Source of the DNA: Felis catus
Taxonomy: Eukaryota
NCBI RefSeq assembly: GCF_018350175.1
Contig: NC_058372.1
Span: forward strand, 3,224,001 to 3,288,000
Direction: 5' to 3'
Length of the DNA stretch: 64,000 nt
Each line of letters opens with the position of its first letter. The first letter of the stretch is position 1. Both the position numbers and the translations under genes were made by a program. Positions 1 to 13,730 of this stretch are shown one piece after another. The notes beneath the pieces are model-generated. The model ran no database searches. It worked only from the letters and a program-made list of their open reading frames with translations, and was not told where the DNA came from.

Positions 1-133
1 AGAAACTGAAAAGTGGGCAAAACCCTGATGGATGAAGGCTTCACTATCATAGTGAATAAACCACGCCCCTGTGAACAGGAGACATGGTGTACGGGCTGCG
101 AGGGACATTTGGCAGGTATCATCTTTTCGTTGT

Positions 134-348
134 TTAATTTCTTTTAATGTTTATTTGTTTTTGAGAGAGACAGAGACAGAGCATGACTGGGGGAGGGGCA
201 GAGAGAGAGGGAGACCCAGAATGCGAAGCAGGCGCCAGGCTCCCAGCTGTCAGCACAGACCCGGACGTGAGGCTTGAACTCACAAACCGAGAGATCATGA
301 CCAAAGCCGAAGTCGGACGCCTAACCCACTGAGCCCCCCAGGCGCCCC
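134..348 (-). mobile_element. Can-SINE (SINEC_Fc-like)
   Basis: GGGGCGCCTGGG head, (CT)n region and A-rich tail on the minus strand. Confidence 0.93.
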
Positions 349-369
349 TCATCTTTTTGTTTTGTTAAA

Positions 370-540
370 ATTTTTACAACTTTAAGAGACAGAGTGGATG
401 AAGGGCAGAGAGAGCGGGAGAGACAGAATTCCAGGTAGGCTCCGTGCTATCATCGTGGAGCCTGATGGCAGGACTTGAACTCAGGAACAGTGAGATCATG
501 ACCTGAGCCAAAACCAAGACTGAGCCACCCAGATGTTCCC
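370..540 (-). mobile_element. Diverged Can-SINE
   Basis: GAGATCATGACCTGAGCC...TGAGCCACCCAG motifs. Confidence 0.8.
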
Positions 541-881
541 TTTTCATTTTCTTTGGTAAGAAACTTGTTGGCTGAATTTGCCAAAATTTACATTTGTGCT
601 GTCAGCTGAATATGCAGATCAATGAACGAAGCCTAATTTTTATTTGGGCAACAGATCATGAGGTTACAAGTGATGTGGGCCATTCTGACTAGTGGATCCA
701 ATAACTGGGTATCTTTGATAGGACGGGGACGAGGAACTATTTTCACACACAGAAAATTACCGAGACTGGGAGGGAAAAATCGTATTTCATTCAAGGAGAA
801 ACACGTAAGCCAAGAGCCTCATCTCTGAGCGTCTTGGCTTCGTTTAGCGATCATCTGGGAGGATGAAAATTATTTACTGGT

Positions 882-1340
882 TGTGATCGTTAATTTTTAC
901 GTTTCAACTTGAATGGGCCATGGTGCCCACGTATTTGGTCAAACATTATTCTGGTTGTTTCTGTGCTTTTGGGTGGGGTTTACATGTAAACTGGTGGGCT
1001 TTGAGTAAAGCAGATTGCCCTCTATAATGCAAGGGAGTTTTGTACAATCAAGTGAAGTCTTGAGTAGAAACCAGGGCTGATCTCCAGTGGACGAGAGGGA
1101 GTTTTGACACCACAGTGCCTTCGGATTTCATCTGCAACATCAGAACTTCCCGGTTTGCCAGCAGATGCCTTTGGGCTCCAACTGTAACCCCTTCCTGGGT
1201 CTCTGGTCTGCCAGCTCCCCTATCAGATTTTGGACCCCCTCAGCTGCCACAATCACGTGAGCCTGTTCCTTACAATGAATCTCTTTCTGTATACGTAAAC
1301 GTCCTCCTGGGTCTGTTTTTCTGGAGAAACCTGACCAGCA
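882..1340 (+). mobile_element. MLT2-type (ERVL) solo LTR
   Basis: Starts TGTGATCGTTAATTTT..TCAACTTG, contains GAGTAAAGCAGATTGCCCTC, ends CTGTTTTTCTGGAGAAACCTGAC. Confidence 0.75.
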
Positions 1341-2859
1341 TCCCAGTCGGTATTTTAAAGTATTGAACTTTGCAGGAGTCAGTAAACGGCACCTGCTGCA
1401 GGTTCCACAGCGGCGTTCTGATCCAAGTGGTCTTTGGAGAGGTGGTCGTGCTCCCCCTGTCCACGCAAATAAGGGGTGTCTTTAACAGCACAGGACAGTT
1501 CACAGTCAAAGGTGCCAGTCAAGGAGCAGCAGCGTCTCTGGTGTTGGCACGCGGAGGGGGGCGGGGCGCGCAGGAACCTCTGTCCCCTCCTTCGGCGGTT
1601 GGAAGTCGCTGCCCTTCCCTGGTGGTCTCCGTGGAAGGCAGCTTGGGAAGGGGGTCCGGGGGATATTCGTATTCCCAAAGGGACATAAGAGCTAGAAAAT
1701 CTAAGGCACATTGATGGAGAGGAGGAAAAGACTAAGGGATTATTGCAGTTCATAATAATAACGTCAATCTCTGCTCCAGAAAGCTTATGTTTGCTATCAC
1801 AGGATATACACAAACACATGTAAGTCCATGTAGGATAATAGAGGCTTAATACATGTACAGTATAAATAAATAGTAATATGCTATGTTATGAATTATATAT
1901 AAGTATCTTATTGTAGTCTATTCATAGCAATAATAATATAAAAGTTAATCAGAGTTTCTGGGAAGAAGATGTACTTATCTCTGTCCTGTAGTTGCTAAGT
2001 GTAACCAACCCCCCCGGACATTATGCATAAAATAAACCTAAGAACCTGAAAGGTGGAGAAAGGAAGGAGACTGGCTAGGGACCCTGGGGCCAGAAGAATG
2101 ACACGATGGCAGGCTCCCTATTTTTGTCTCATGCATCCTAGACTTGGAGCTAAATAAACCGGAAGCCTGAAATACCAGTGGGCACATACAGAAAATTCTA
2201 AGAAAATCTGCCCTCTCCAGCCAAAAGGCCGTCAAAGGGACGGCCTAGCAAGACAAAACACTTGTAGACAATAACTGCTGACCTCTAGCCACGCACCACA
2301 TTCCACTGTAGCCTTACCAGTGCCTGGGGCAGCAAAGGCCAAGCAGGAAGCCAGGACGTGTACCCCCCACCCAGCAGTGTCTCTCCCTCTCCCTGCCTGC
2401 TGGGGTGGTGATAGAGGAACCCGGTGAAGAACGGGACTTTCATCATTGCCCAGTGGTGACTGGGTCCTGCCTCCATCCATCTCTGGGCCAGTGGAGACCG
2501 CATGGGAGCCAGAATTCTCACCACCTGCCAGCAGAAATAAGACGCTCCCTACCTCTGGTGTCAGTGGAGGCTGAGTGGGGGACCCTGGACTTCTGGATTG
2601 CCCGGCTGGCAGTAATGAACAGATGTCCCCCCCCCCCCCACCTCCCTTGGGGGAAGAGAAAGCCAACTAAAACAGAGTTCAAATAAGAGCCAGAGTCTCA
2701 CAACACAAAGCACATTAGGTCCAGACGTTAGTTGAAAAATCACTTGCCAAACCAAAAGCTGGAAAAATCTCCAACTGTGTAAAAGAAGACATTCAGCCGA
2801 GCGAGTCCAATAACAAGATGTAAGGGATTCGGGGTTATCCGACAGAGATTTTAAAGCAG

Positions 2860-4095
2860 CCACCTGACAATGCCTCAGTGAACAATTATGAACATGATGG
2901 AAACAAATGAAAAATAGAAAGCTTCAGGGGAAAAAAATGAAAGGAGTACAAAATGAAAATTGTAGACTCGAAAAACTCAGTGACCAAAATAAAGATCTCA
3001 GAGCCTGGGCTCAACAGCAGCACGCAAGGGACAGAGGAAAGAATGTGTGAACTGGAAGGCAGAACAACAGAAATGACCCTTACCGCAGCCCAGCCAACGA
3101 ATACGCCATAAATCGCTAGCGGGAATGTAATTCAGCCACCCTGGAAATACACTGGCAAATTTTCAGAAACTAAATACAAAATCACCATGCGACCAACAGT
3201 GGCTCTCCTTGGCATTCATGCTAGAGAAATGGGAGACTTATGTCCACACCAATAACTGTGTAGGGGAGGTAAAGAAATTTTCCCTCTACCCTTCTAGATT
3301 CTTGGCTGAGACCTCCCTGCAATAAAGGACAAATTAGCAAGAGAAAAAGAATAGAAGTTTACAATACGTACGTCTTCCGTATACGTGGTAGTGACACAGT
3401 TTTCCCGGGTCTCTCCCATGTACGCAAGAGGTATATATGTTATCAAACTTCTGTTTCTTTTACTTCTGTCAGTCTGTCTTGTATAATGGGCGGTGGGAGG
3501 GTCTCAGCCAAGAACTGAAAAGACTAGAGGGAAAATTATTTTTTCTCTCCTTCGACTGTATGTGAATGTTCACACCAACTTTATTCATGATAGCCAAAAC
3601 CCAGAAAAAAACCCAGATGCCCTTCAAGGAGTGAATGATGAACCATCTATACAATGACTCAGCAATAAAAGGGAATCAACTACTGATACCTGGAAGACTC
3701 TGCAGTGAATGCAGTGAATGCAGGATGAATTTGCAGTGAATTTTGGAGTGAAAAAAAATTCTCAAAGGCTGGATACTATATGCTTCCATTTATAGAACAT
3801 GCTTGAAACGGTAAAACTATAGAAATGGGGAATAGATCAGTGGTTGCCAGTGGTTAAGGAGGGAACACGGGTAGGAAGGAAGTGGATGTGGTTCTAAAAG
3901 GGCAATCTGAGGAATCCTTGGGCCGTTGAAATGTTCTGGATCTTGACTGTTTGAATGTCAACATGCTGCATGTAATATTGTTTTGCAAGATGTTACCATT
4001 GGGAAAAACGGTAAAGGGCACCTGGGAACACTGTATTATTTCTTACAACTGTATATGAATCCACATTGATCTCAAAAATAAAAAAAATTAATTAA
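2860..4095 (+). mobile_element. Old L1 (L1MC-like) fragments, interrupted at 3259-3554
   Basis: L1M 3' UTR motifs (ATGTCCACAC, TTATTCATGATAGCCAAAA, GATCAGTGGTTGCCAG) ending in an A-rich tail. Confidence 0.7.
3259..3554. mobile_element. Fold-back of two ERV1 (MER34/CarLTR-like) LTR 3' ends
   Basis: Both halves contain GGTCTCAGCCAAGAA..TAGAGGGAAAAT in opposite orientations; ACTG on both flanks. Confidence 0.7.
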
Positions 4096-5077
4096 AAAAC
4101 AAGTATTTAACACTTTCAGCTCTCAAAACATTTTTTATACTGTTTCACTTGCTCTCAGCCTTTGTTAAGTGTTTTTTCTCCTGCTCATCTGCTTGCTGTT
4201 GCCAAGTGAGCTCTCTTCCTCCAGGGTATCATCTGGTTGCTTCCTGGGTAAAACCTTCACGAGAACCAGAATCTGATGTGCAGCAATTTTCACAACCGCG
4301 GCCACGTCCGGTCCCACCTTTACTCTTGATAACCTCCCATGAACTCCTCCCCCCATCCGTCTGCACTCGACGGGGCTGAGGGGCTGACGTGGAACCTGAC
4401 CGCTCTGTCTTCATTCACAACCAACCTGTGAGTCCTCCTTCCCTCCGCTCAAAGTCGCTACGCTTTGTAGTGTTAGGTCATGTTGCTGATGGCATTTTTC
4501 ACATCTGGGTACCAGGAATAAGCAACCAATAAACAGAACATGAGTACTCGTTTGCTGTCCCGAAATGATCATTTCAGAGACAGGTTTCTTTGACTTACTG
4601 CTCAAGATGCCTTCACCCGACTTTTGTGCGAGCTTTGGGTGGGCGATGGGAGATTGCATGGCACTTCCAACTTCTGTTAGGAGTGACTTAAGGTCTCCCT
4701 GTCCCCGTGGCTTCAGAGAGATTAGTGCACAGGAGAGAATCCTAATGCGAGTCGCCAATTTATATAAATCATACCAGATTTGTTTACTTTTCTTATTTTT
4801 CTCATGTTCCTTAGAGGTCAGTGCTCACATTTGTGGGAATTTAGGCTAAGCCATGTGAAAAACCCTGTGAAGACATACTAGAAATCTTGCCTAAAACTAA
4901 TTTGAATATGTGTTCCATTTCCTTCCTTGAGGTTGAAAGAAGAAATTGGCCATTCATTGTCCCATTTGCAAAAACTGGTTGAACAGCAACTTATTGTAGG
5001 TACAGTGGGTGCTCTGATGGTGGTAAAAGGAAGCAAGAAAAGCCAAGGAGATGAGGTAGAAATAGAATGGTAACGCA

Positions 5078-5188
5078 GCTGACGGCGCAGAGCCTGAAGC
5101 AGGGCTCGAACCCACAAGCCACGAGATCATGACTTGAGCCAAAATCAAGAGTCGGATGCTTAACCGACTGGGCCACCCAGGCGCCCCT
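5078..5188 (-). mobile_element. Can-SINE, head portion only
   Basis: Head GGGGCGCCTGGGTGGCCCAGTCGGTTAAGC; no tail. Confidence 0.88.
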
Positions 5189-8129
5189 CAACTTGTTCTG
5201 ATGCCCGCATTCAGACTCCACTGGCCTCCGCAATTTATTAGTGGTTACAGAATGAAAATCCTGCACTCCACAGTTTCCAAGAGCAAATTGAAGGTACCTT
5301 CTTGAGGCCACACTGGGAGTGATTTTTCATACCGACTTTTACATAGACCAACCCTTCACATTAGCATTTCTCTACAGAAGACCCCACGGTTATCTCCTGA
5401 CCTCAAAATCCTTCTTTCCCAGTTGACTTCAAGGTTCACATTTTCCTCCATTGCTTGACTTCTAAACTTGAGCATTCCATAGTATACTCTGTCAAGCTAA
5501 TCTTCAACATTGCTGGTGACAATACTCTCCAAAATTACACAAAGAAAGGGAGAAGGGTTCTAACACAGGATATTATTCTCTTTAACCGGATGTGCTATGA
5601 ACCCAAAATACGGAAGTTTTCTGTGATGCACAGTTGAAGAGCTTTCACTGGGCAACGCTGCTAATCTGTCCTGATCATTTGCATAGAAAATACATCAGCG
5701 TCAGACCTGAAGAACAAGAGAAGATCCTTCTTAAGGTAAAACAAAGATACTGCCTATGTGGGAAAGACCTTGCCTACACTTAGACAACTAACCATATACC
5801 ATGGGTGTTATTAGATTTGAAGCTCTGGGAGGTGGGGGGGAGGGACCATGTGTGTCTTTGGGCCATGTCTATGGGCTGCCATCGTGAAGACTAGACTGGA
5901 TCTTGGCAGGATATCCATAAACATTTGTGAAATCAGTGAACAATATTGTAGGTAACTTTCTGAAATGTATCCTAAACTCCACATGACGCAGGCCCTCCCA
6001 GGCACCCAGAAATCTCACCCAGAAGTCTAAGTAAAGCCTGGCAACGCACCTGTAAGTGGTCAGCCACTTCACTTCTGGAAGTTTCCACGGCAACATGTAT
6101 ATATTATTTCTAATTTTTCCCAACTTCAGTATAAGGACAATCATGGCTGTCTCTTAATATCCATTGAAAAAATGATGCGTGATGGAAAGTTCACTCGAAA
6201 CAACACGCAATCATGTGGCACAAAGCAGGCCCTCAAACGATTCCTTTCTTTATTGAGAGTGGCCAGGCTGTTGCCATATATATTTTAAATGAAGTCGTTT
6301 CAAGGATGACAAAGCAATTTTGTCACAGAAATCTAGGCATGTTTGGTCAGGCTATGCAAAGTTGCCACAGTGTCTCTCTCTTAAACCTGCTAATTAGAGC
6401 AAGGCCATAGTGTCTCCTTCTCAGCCTGCTTATTAAACAGGCCCATAAACTGCAGAACATCAGGTTTTCTGAGCCTGTCAGGGAGTCAACGATACAAAAG
6501 AACCTGAGGAGGCTAAACTCCAGAAAGAGGCCTTTGCAGGGTAAAAAAAAAAGGCCTCTTATCCCTGGCAGATGGGCAGAGGCGCAAAAGAAAACTGTGA
6601 ACGCCCGATCAGGAGAGACTGGGAGAAAATCTAAGGGATTTTTAAAGTTTGTTGGTGGGCTTGCTTGACCCAGAGAATTCCACGTAGCCAAAGCCACTGC
6701 CAACTGTCTCTGCTGTGGGAGAGCAAGCCAAAAAGGAGCCGAGGGAAAAGGCTAGAAAGTGGAGAGAAATATCCACTGAGGCTCCCCCCCCCCCCCCCCC
6801 CCCCCCCGCCGCCGCTCGGAGCAAAGTCTCTAAAGTCAGAGGGCAGGGCAGGAACGCTAAGAGCAACGGATCCAAGGCACTTTGCATTAAACAGCCAAGA
6901 GCCACGGCTGAGAGCTGAGAGAAATCTCTCCAAGGCTCTCTGGAAGGAGAGAGATCTCCCAGGCACCTCTCAGGGTTTGGAAAGCCAGGGGTGCGGTAGT
7001 AAAGCACAAAGAGAAGAGAAGGGACCCCGGAGAGCAAAAAATCCTGGTTTTTCAATTCAACTTCCACTGATTCTTTACTACAGGACGAAGCAAATGAAGA
7101 CAACTTACCAGTTCATGTGGAGGATGCGGATTCAAAGTTAAAGAGATGCGCCAAAGATAAGGAGCATGCTCTCACAGCTCTTATTTTTAAAGTAAAACCA
7201 AGATGTATAAATTGCATGATGGAAAGTAGTTGATCCGCTTTGTTGAAAGCTACAGCTCTCCTTTCTCAAATAGAAAAAAAGAAAAAAGTGGCTTTTGAGT
7301 CTTACTCGGATACATGTGTGCATAAAGTGGGTCAATGAACTTGAGAAGCAACAGAGAGTAGGAAGTTAGAAGAGAAATGGGAGGGTTGTAGGGTCCAACA
7401 GAGAAAGGAGGACAAGCAGAGGGTGGATCTGCGGCTGCGCGGCTCCCTGACACCTGCCGGCAGGTGGATCCGGATCCAGGCGCGCGCTCCGGGGACAAAG
7501 GTTTCCCGCCTCCCTTCTCGGAGTTGATCCACCCGGGCCTGAGCTCCTCTGCTCTCTCAGGCCCAGCTAGCGGCCCAAACTACGAACTCGCCCTGGTCTC
7601 GACTTCTTTTGTCATGGATTTGGGGTGTCTGAGTTCTCTGGGGACGGAGAAGGGTCGGAGGCTCTCGAGAGGGGGCGGTGCCTTCCCGCCGACGCCAGCC
7701 CAGCACTCGGGCGCCACCGCGCGTCCCGCGGGCCGCCCTGCAGCTCCGGGACACCGTTTCAGACTCTGGGCCGCGCGGCGCGGGGTGCGGGGTCCCGGGC
7801 CCCCAGGGTCTGGGCGGAACCGACCTGCTCCAACCTTTCGCGGGAGCCGGGAGTGTGCGCTGCGCGGCGGCGGCTCCGCGGTCGGCCCCTCCCGGGCTGG
7901 GTAGGAGAGAGGAAGCCCCGCTCGGCGCCGTCTATGTGCTTCTGCAGTTTGGGAAGGACCGGGTTTTCCCGGGAAGGAGCCCGGCTCAGCTGTGTCGACC
8001 CTGGGACGTCTCCTTTCCCTTTCCTTCTAGAAGAAACAGCGTGTCCGAGCCTTCCGTAGGCAAAGGCGCTCGTCACCCTTGGTTCGTGGTGACTTTAAAG
8101 TACGTAAGTAAAGCGAGCGCGCCAGAGCG

Positions 8130-8203
8130 GGCCGGTTAGCTCAGTTGGTTAGAGCGTGGTGCTAATAACGCCAAGGTCGCGGGTTCGATCCCCGTACGGG
8201 CCA
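8130..8203 (+). tRNA. tRNA-Ile(AAT)
   Basis: GGCCGGTTAGCTCAGTTGGTTAGAGCGTGGTGCTAATAACGCCAAGGTCGCGGGTTCGATCCCCGTACGGGCCA: canonical 74-nt vertebrate Ile-AAT with intact A/B boxes; T5 terminator at 8216-8220; inside CpG island ~7430-8760. Confidence 0.98.
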
Positions 8204-9599
8204 CGCTGTGTGCTGTTTTTCCTTTTGCGGTTACCTCGTCACGTGGAATCTGCACCCCTACAGCCGGTTACGGAGAGTCCTACGCCGCCACTGCCGAGCG
8301 GTGCTCCTGGAAGCGTTGTTTTTGTGAAAGAAGCAATGGCGCCCGAGAGTACGGCCGGAAGGGCTTGTAAAGGAACGGAGGGAGGGAACGCGGGGCGGTA
8401 GGGACGGTCACAGGGCCTGCGCCCCTCGGGAGAGCCTGCCCTGCGGCAGTCCTGGCTTCCGGAGGCGCTCGCCACCGCGGCTGCTCCCTCCGTCCGGAGT
8501 GGGGGACGCCCCGGACCCCCGGAAAGAGCAGGAGCTCGGGTCCAGGCCGCGCACGCTCGGCGGGCGCGCGGGAAGCCTCGGGCCGCCTCGGGTCCTGGCG
8601 CCCGCCCGGTCCTTTTCCGGAGGTCCTGCCCCGGGTCCTAGCACCCGCCGATCTTTCCCAGAGTTCTTTCCACCTGCTTCTCCAGGCCGCTGGCTCTGCC
8701 CCGCTGGCCGCCCACGTGCTCTGCGCTTCCCCCTGTTGCCGAGTTCCGGGCAGCCACGAAAGTGACATGAGCCATACTGATTAAATAGTAACGTAAGCAG
8801 TGCCTGGAGCGTGGGGCCGGGGACGTTAGGAGATGCTCAGTGAATCCCAGAAAGCGGGGCTTCGTCTGTGTGGTCTGTGCTGCATCCTCTAGGTCAAGAA
8901 CAGTGCCGGGCGCAAAGCTAAAGGCTGAAAAACCTACTTTAAAAAACTAATAAGGAATATTCAGTACTTCATTGTATGTGAAATACCGCACCCACAGATG
9001 TGAAGTACGAGGACTCGACAGGCCGATGCTGACCTGGGCGGACCTGCGCTCGCCCACAGCCTGCGAGGAGACTCAGCCCCGCGCCCACAGCACGGAGCCC
9101 GGCCCTTCTACCCCTTCCTGCGAGCCTGATGAGCCTCCCGGTTTTCGTCTGGCTCGGATAAGGTAATACCTTCTCGTATCAGTAACTACATGGGCTGCTT
9201 CTCGGGTCACTCTGCCACCTGTCACCACTATCTCCCCTGTGGAAGGAAGTGCTACCCTCACTTTCTTGTATATTCTCCTCTATGCGTGCCTCTGTAAATA
9301 TGAACGTGCATTTCTCTCAGTGTGGCATAAAGTGTTACATTGTGCGCACTGTTTCGCATCCTGCTTTTTCCTACTCTCTGTGTCTTGGAGCATCTACACG
9401 GAGCCGGCACATGGCACAGCCACTGTTATACGCTATGAGGACACAGCCTATTTTCAGTCGAGTTGGTCCAGCTGGCCAGAAGCTGAATGAGAACTTTTCA
9501 ATCCATTTCCCCCCTGAGTCGGGAGGTACACAAGCAGGGCTGGAGAGAGGACGGGAAGAGGACACCTTTCTCCCATTTTCTGTGATGATGTGGATAAAA

Positions 9600-12500
9600 C
9601 ACTTTCTGTGCGAAACCGTAGGATAGAGCTCCAAAGCACACCGTTGATCGAAGGAAATTTTGTATAGATGTGTTCAAAGGTAATCTTTTCAGGAAAAGGT
9701 AAAACGATGAGTCAGATAGATAGACAAATGAGCATGTTGCTAGACCATAGGATATTTTCAACTGTTTCAGTTCACAAAAGTGAAGTCTACTAAACTGTTA
9801 CAACTCCTAGCATAGATCCTTAAGAGGCAAGAGAAAGGGCTTCTTTGTAGATCTAGAAGGTAGAATCCTATAGCAGCTTGCACACTATTCCAAACAAAGA
9901 CTAAGTCATCCCTCAGTCAGTCCTATGTACTTCTTATTCCACCAGATCTTGAGTTAACAGGGTGTCAGGGTAAATGACAACGCTTTTCTCTGTTTCTGTA
10001 GGGAAAAGTGCCCTTGTCTCCCCTCCCTGTCCTATGCAGGGTCTCCGTGGACACCTAGTCAATCTGAGTCCTTACTGGAATCTTCAGAATAGAGATAGAT
10101 ATCTCTATGGATTAAGTTCAGTCTTCAGTGTTTACAGTGTAGAGTATCTCTAAGGCTATGGGCCAGATAGCCTCTAGATAGGTAAAAATGTGCCTCCAGG
10201 ATCAGCTCAGGGGTCTGTCATGAGATTTCGGGGAGACCGTCATAGGGTGCAGCCACTGGCTTCTCAAGGAGATACAGAGAAGTTCCTATTCTTTCTTCAG
10301 CTTTACTATAAACAAGGAGTGAGATTCGGACATGATTTTGTTGTCACTTTGGTGCTGCCATGTACATAACGCGAACACTTAGTAAAGTGTGTTCCCTCTC
10401 TTCTCTGATCAGGAAGCATCTTTCTGCTGGCCGAGTCCCTTCATCGCCCCAGCACAGCTTCCAGAACTCAGGGGGCTTCTGGAGCAGAATTCTGGAACTC
10501 CAGGCTCGGTAGGATGGTTATGGGCGCAACGTTGTTGAAGCCACGCCATCCAGAGTCTATAACCAAGCATATCTGGTGGCGTGGTCTTCTCCTGTGAGGC
10601 TTTGAAGACTTGTGCTTTGTTGAAGGTAAAGCTGGCCTGTGGCTGATTGCAGATGCTTTCGGGGAAGTGAAGTAAAACAGAATGACTATGTATAGATGTC
10701 AGAAGATTTAAAGGGGCCGTAATTAATTTATTACTTAACGATTTTCCAAAGCAAGAGATCTGGTGAGAATTCATAACGAGGAGACCGCCACTAAGGAGTT
10801 TTGGTTGTTTCTGTGATACAAAAACGAGATGAGAAAGCCAATCCAAAATAAGTTTTAGACAAAATAGCTACCGACATAGTGATCTACCATATTTTCAAAG
10901 GAGATAGAAAACACCGCGTGGGATTTATAGCAGTGGATGAACGTAATTCCCACAGAGAAAAAGTCTTGAAACAGACATATAATAATCCTGAGACCTAATA
11001 TGCTGCAGATATACAAGTCACACAGTAAGAATAATATATCAACAATATGAGACAGTTGTGGTAAGTCTGGAGTAAGTTCTACATAGTTAGACATTAATTA
11101 GACTCCATAGGCAAGTGATGTAAATCCCATTTGAAATTCAGAAGCCCAGAAGATGCTAGATTCGAATTGAAGAAGTAAAGTTGCGACCAAGTAAACGTTG
11201 AAAAAAATAGCTAAAATTCTGACTGATGACACTTCACTACTGTTGTCTAATATCAGAGAAAACAGCACCAGGACTTTCTATGTTGGTGGAAACATGTCAT
11301 GGGCAGTAAGAGCACTGATCAGTCTCCAGGAATTTCCCATTCGGTGTACAATTTCCGAAATATTTATAGTAACGTTTTAGCCATGCAAATCTGACTTAGG
11401 GAAGCCTAGGCCTTTCTCCTCCTCCTCCTCCTCCTCCTCCCCTTCCTCCTCCTCCTCCTCCTCCCCCCCCCTCCTTCTGGCATCCCTTCTGATTTTCACC
11501 TCTTCCTGTGCAACTCATCAATAATAGCCTATCAAATAGCCCTGGTTCTCTTCACTCTCTGCCTTTTTGCAAGGGGACAGAACGCATCGTTGGGATTTTC
11601 CAGGCACCTTCGGGGGACGTCTCAACCACAGGTGTAGGTGGAAACAGTACCTTGAAAGTTTTAGTTGACATTTAGGATTCGATTGGGGGAAGGCAAAGGT
11701 TAAAACCGATCAGAACATTTGAACACTTAGGAGAGGAAACAAACCATGATTGCTGGAGAACTTAGGTGGTTATTGGTTTCAAAGTTACAATAAAACAGTT
11801 AAAACTAAGCACAGAAGGTAACATGACTGTCAACGACATTATTCCTATGTAAGAAACCTTTGTTTTCTTCAGGAAGGACGACACAACCAGTGTAAACTAC
11901 AAAGCTTATTCTGCTAAAAAACAGAATATTTGCTGTCGGAGAAGGTTCCACAGGGGAAACAGAAAGAACCGGTCATATTATGGGTGAGGGCACCGAGCAG
12001 TTAACCAAAGGAACAAACACATCAAAGTGAAGCAAACCTTCCCAGATTTTGGTATATTCCGTGGCTCTTCAAACTCAGGTATTCTAAATGGGGATAAATA
12101 AAATTAACCTGCCAATTTTGCCCATCAGTATGTTCTTCCACACCCTGGGACAATCTGACACTGTCCCGGCTTCAGGAGTCCACGAGGTTGGAACTGATTT
12201 CACACCATTGTGAAACGATGTTACCAACGTGGATTGTGTCCCGACTGTGCGATCTCCAAATGCGCTAAGAAGTACGATTTTTTAAACTGCGTGTTGGGAT
12301 TGTTTGTAATGGAACAAGCATTTCCAGTCAAGTTCGTATTTTAGATACTTAAACCTCCAAGACGTAGTTTATTCAACTGTTTACAGTGTTTTTCAACTGC
12401 AGCTTTCCAGCGTAAAGGGCCCGTGAAATCCCAGGCTTCTGACCTCCCTCCCAGGGGAACCGACTGGAACGCTGAAGAACGAAACAAGAAACAGGAGGCT

Positions 12501-13730
12501 CTCGCGATCTAATTGATCCTCAGCGTGAGAAGTGTTCTGCCCGTTCCAGAACGTACATGTTAGGTAAACGCACAAACAGATCCTTAAAAGCCATATTTCA
12601 GGATTTGATTCACAAATCTGTTTAAAAACCAAGGCCGCTGCTGGTAAACGGTCAGATATTCTTACTTCCAGATATTTTTCCTTTCGTTTGAGGCCTTTTT
12701 GTTTGTTTATTTTGATCTGACTGTCTTGCTTTCTCGGATCTGTTCTAATTGTTATCTCTCTAAGATTTCCTGTCCTCTCTAAAAAAAAATCTTCACTGAA
12801 TCTGTTATCTTGCAAACCTTGAAACGTTGGCATCCTGTGTTCTGTGTCGTCTTCTGTCATTCCTCCTGACTTCCTGCCTCCTCCTGTCCTAAATGTGGCA
12901 AGAGAGAGAGGAGAGACGATTCCATTTCCTTACCCGTCAACCAGGCCGCGAGTGGGGTCTGCCGATGAGCTAATATGGAGGAGGCCTCCCTGTAATTGTC
13001 GTGACTTTGGAGCATCGGACAGTGTCACGTGGGCAGAGTTTGGCCCTCGGTTTGTGAGTTTGACTTCCTACTTGTGACACGGATTGTTCGGGGCCACTTC
13101 CTGACATACCTGTGGCATATCTGTCCCTCCCCGCCCAAGTTTCTGGTAGGGAACAGGCAGGAGTGACACTAATATGTGATGTCTGGGTTCCCAAGGTGTT
13201 TTCAGCCTTCACTGGATCGGGTTCACAAGCAGCAATCCTGCAGAATTAGAGGTACTCGAGGCTTGAGACTGAGGTGGGAAAGATAGTGCCCCGCTGCCTC
13301 TCTGAGGTCTTCGCCGAGACCCCGGTAACGAGCGAGTAAGAAGGAAAAACCGACCGAAGTTTGTTAACCCGTTTGCCCCGGGTACAGGTGGGCACACCCG
13401 GGGAGAACAAGTAACTGTCGCCGTGGCTTAGAAGTCCAGCTTACGCGGCATCTTCAACAAAGAACAGTGGATTTGTGGTGAAGTCATGGAACAAAGGAAA
13501 GTGTGTCAGGCCAAGGGCAGAGAGACAGGCCAGTCAGTAAAGTTTGTTATTTGATTTCCAGGCTGTTGGGGTCTAAGGTTGTCTGGGGGTGAACCTCCGT
13601 CTTTCCCCGCAGAGAGGGCACAAGGGTCTCTTGGCAAACTTCTGTCCTAATTCCTCTCTCTCGCTTTCAGCTCACAATAATCCTTGTGCCCAAGTGGCAT
13701 ATTTGGGGGTGGCCTAGTCTTCCACCTTCG
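9600..13730 (-). mobile_element. Degenerate ERV1-like internal sequence with an LTR fragment at ~13455-13730
   Basis: The LTR segment shares the GGCCACCCCCAAATATGCC..ATTATT..GAGCTGAAAG start motif with other LTRs here; the internal assignment rests on position and composition only. Confidence 0.4.
11416..11476 (+). repeat. (CCT)n polypyrimidine microsatellite
   Basis: Directly visible. Confidence 0.9.

Noticed and set aside
134-352. SINE heads as tRNA genes and SINE-derived ORFs (GAWVAQ...)
   Set aside because: Can-SINEs have tRNA-derived heads followed by (CT)n, poly-A and TSDs; they are not genes.
6631-7141. Poly-Pro/poly-Gly ORFs
   Set aside because: Produced by a poly-C tract, non-ATG starts, no recognisable homology.
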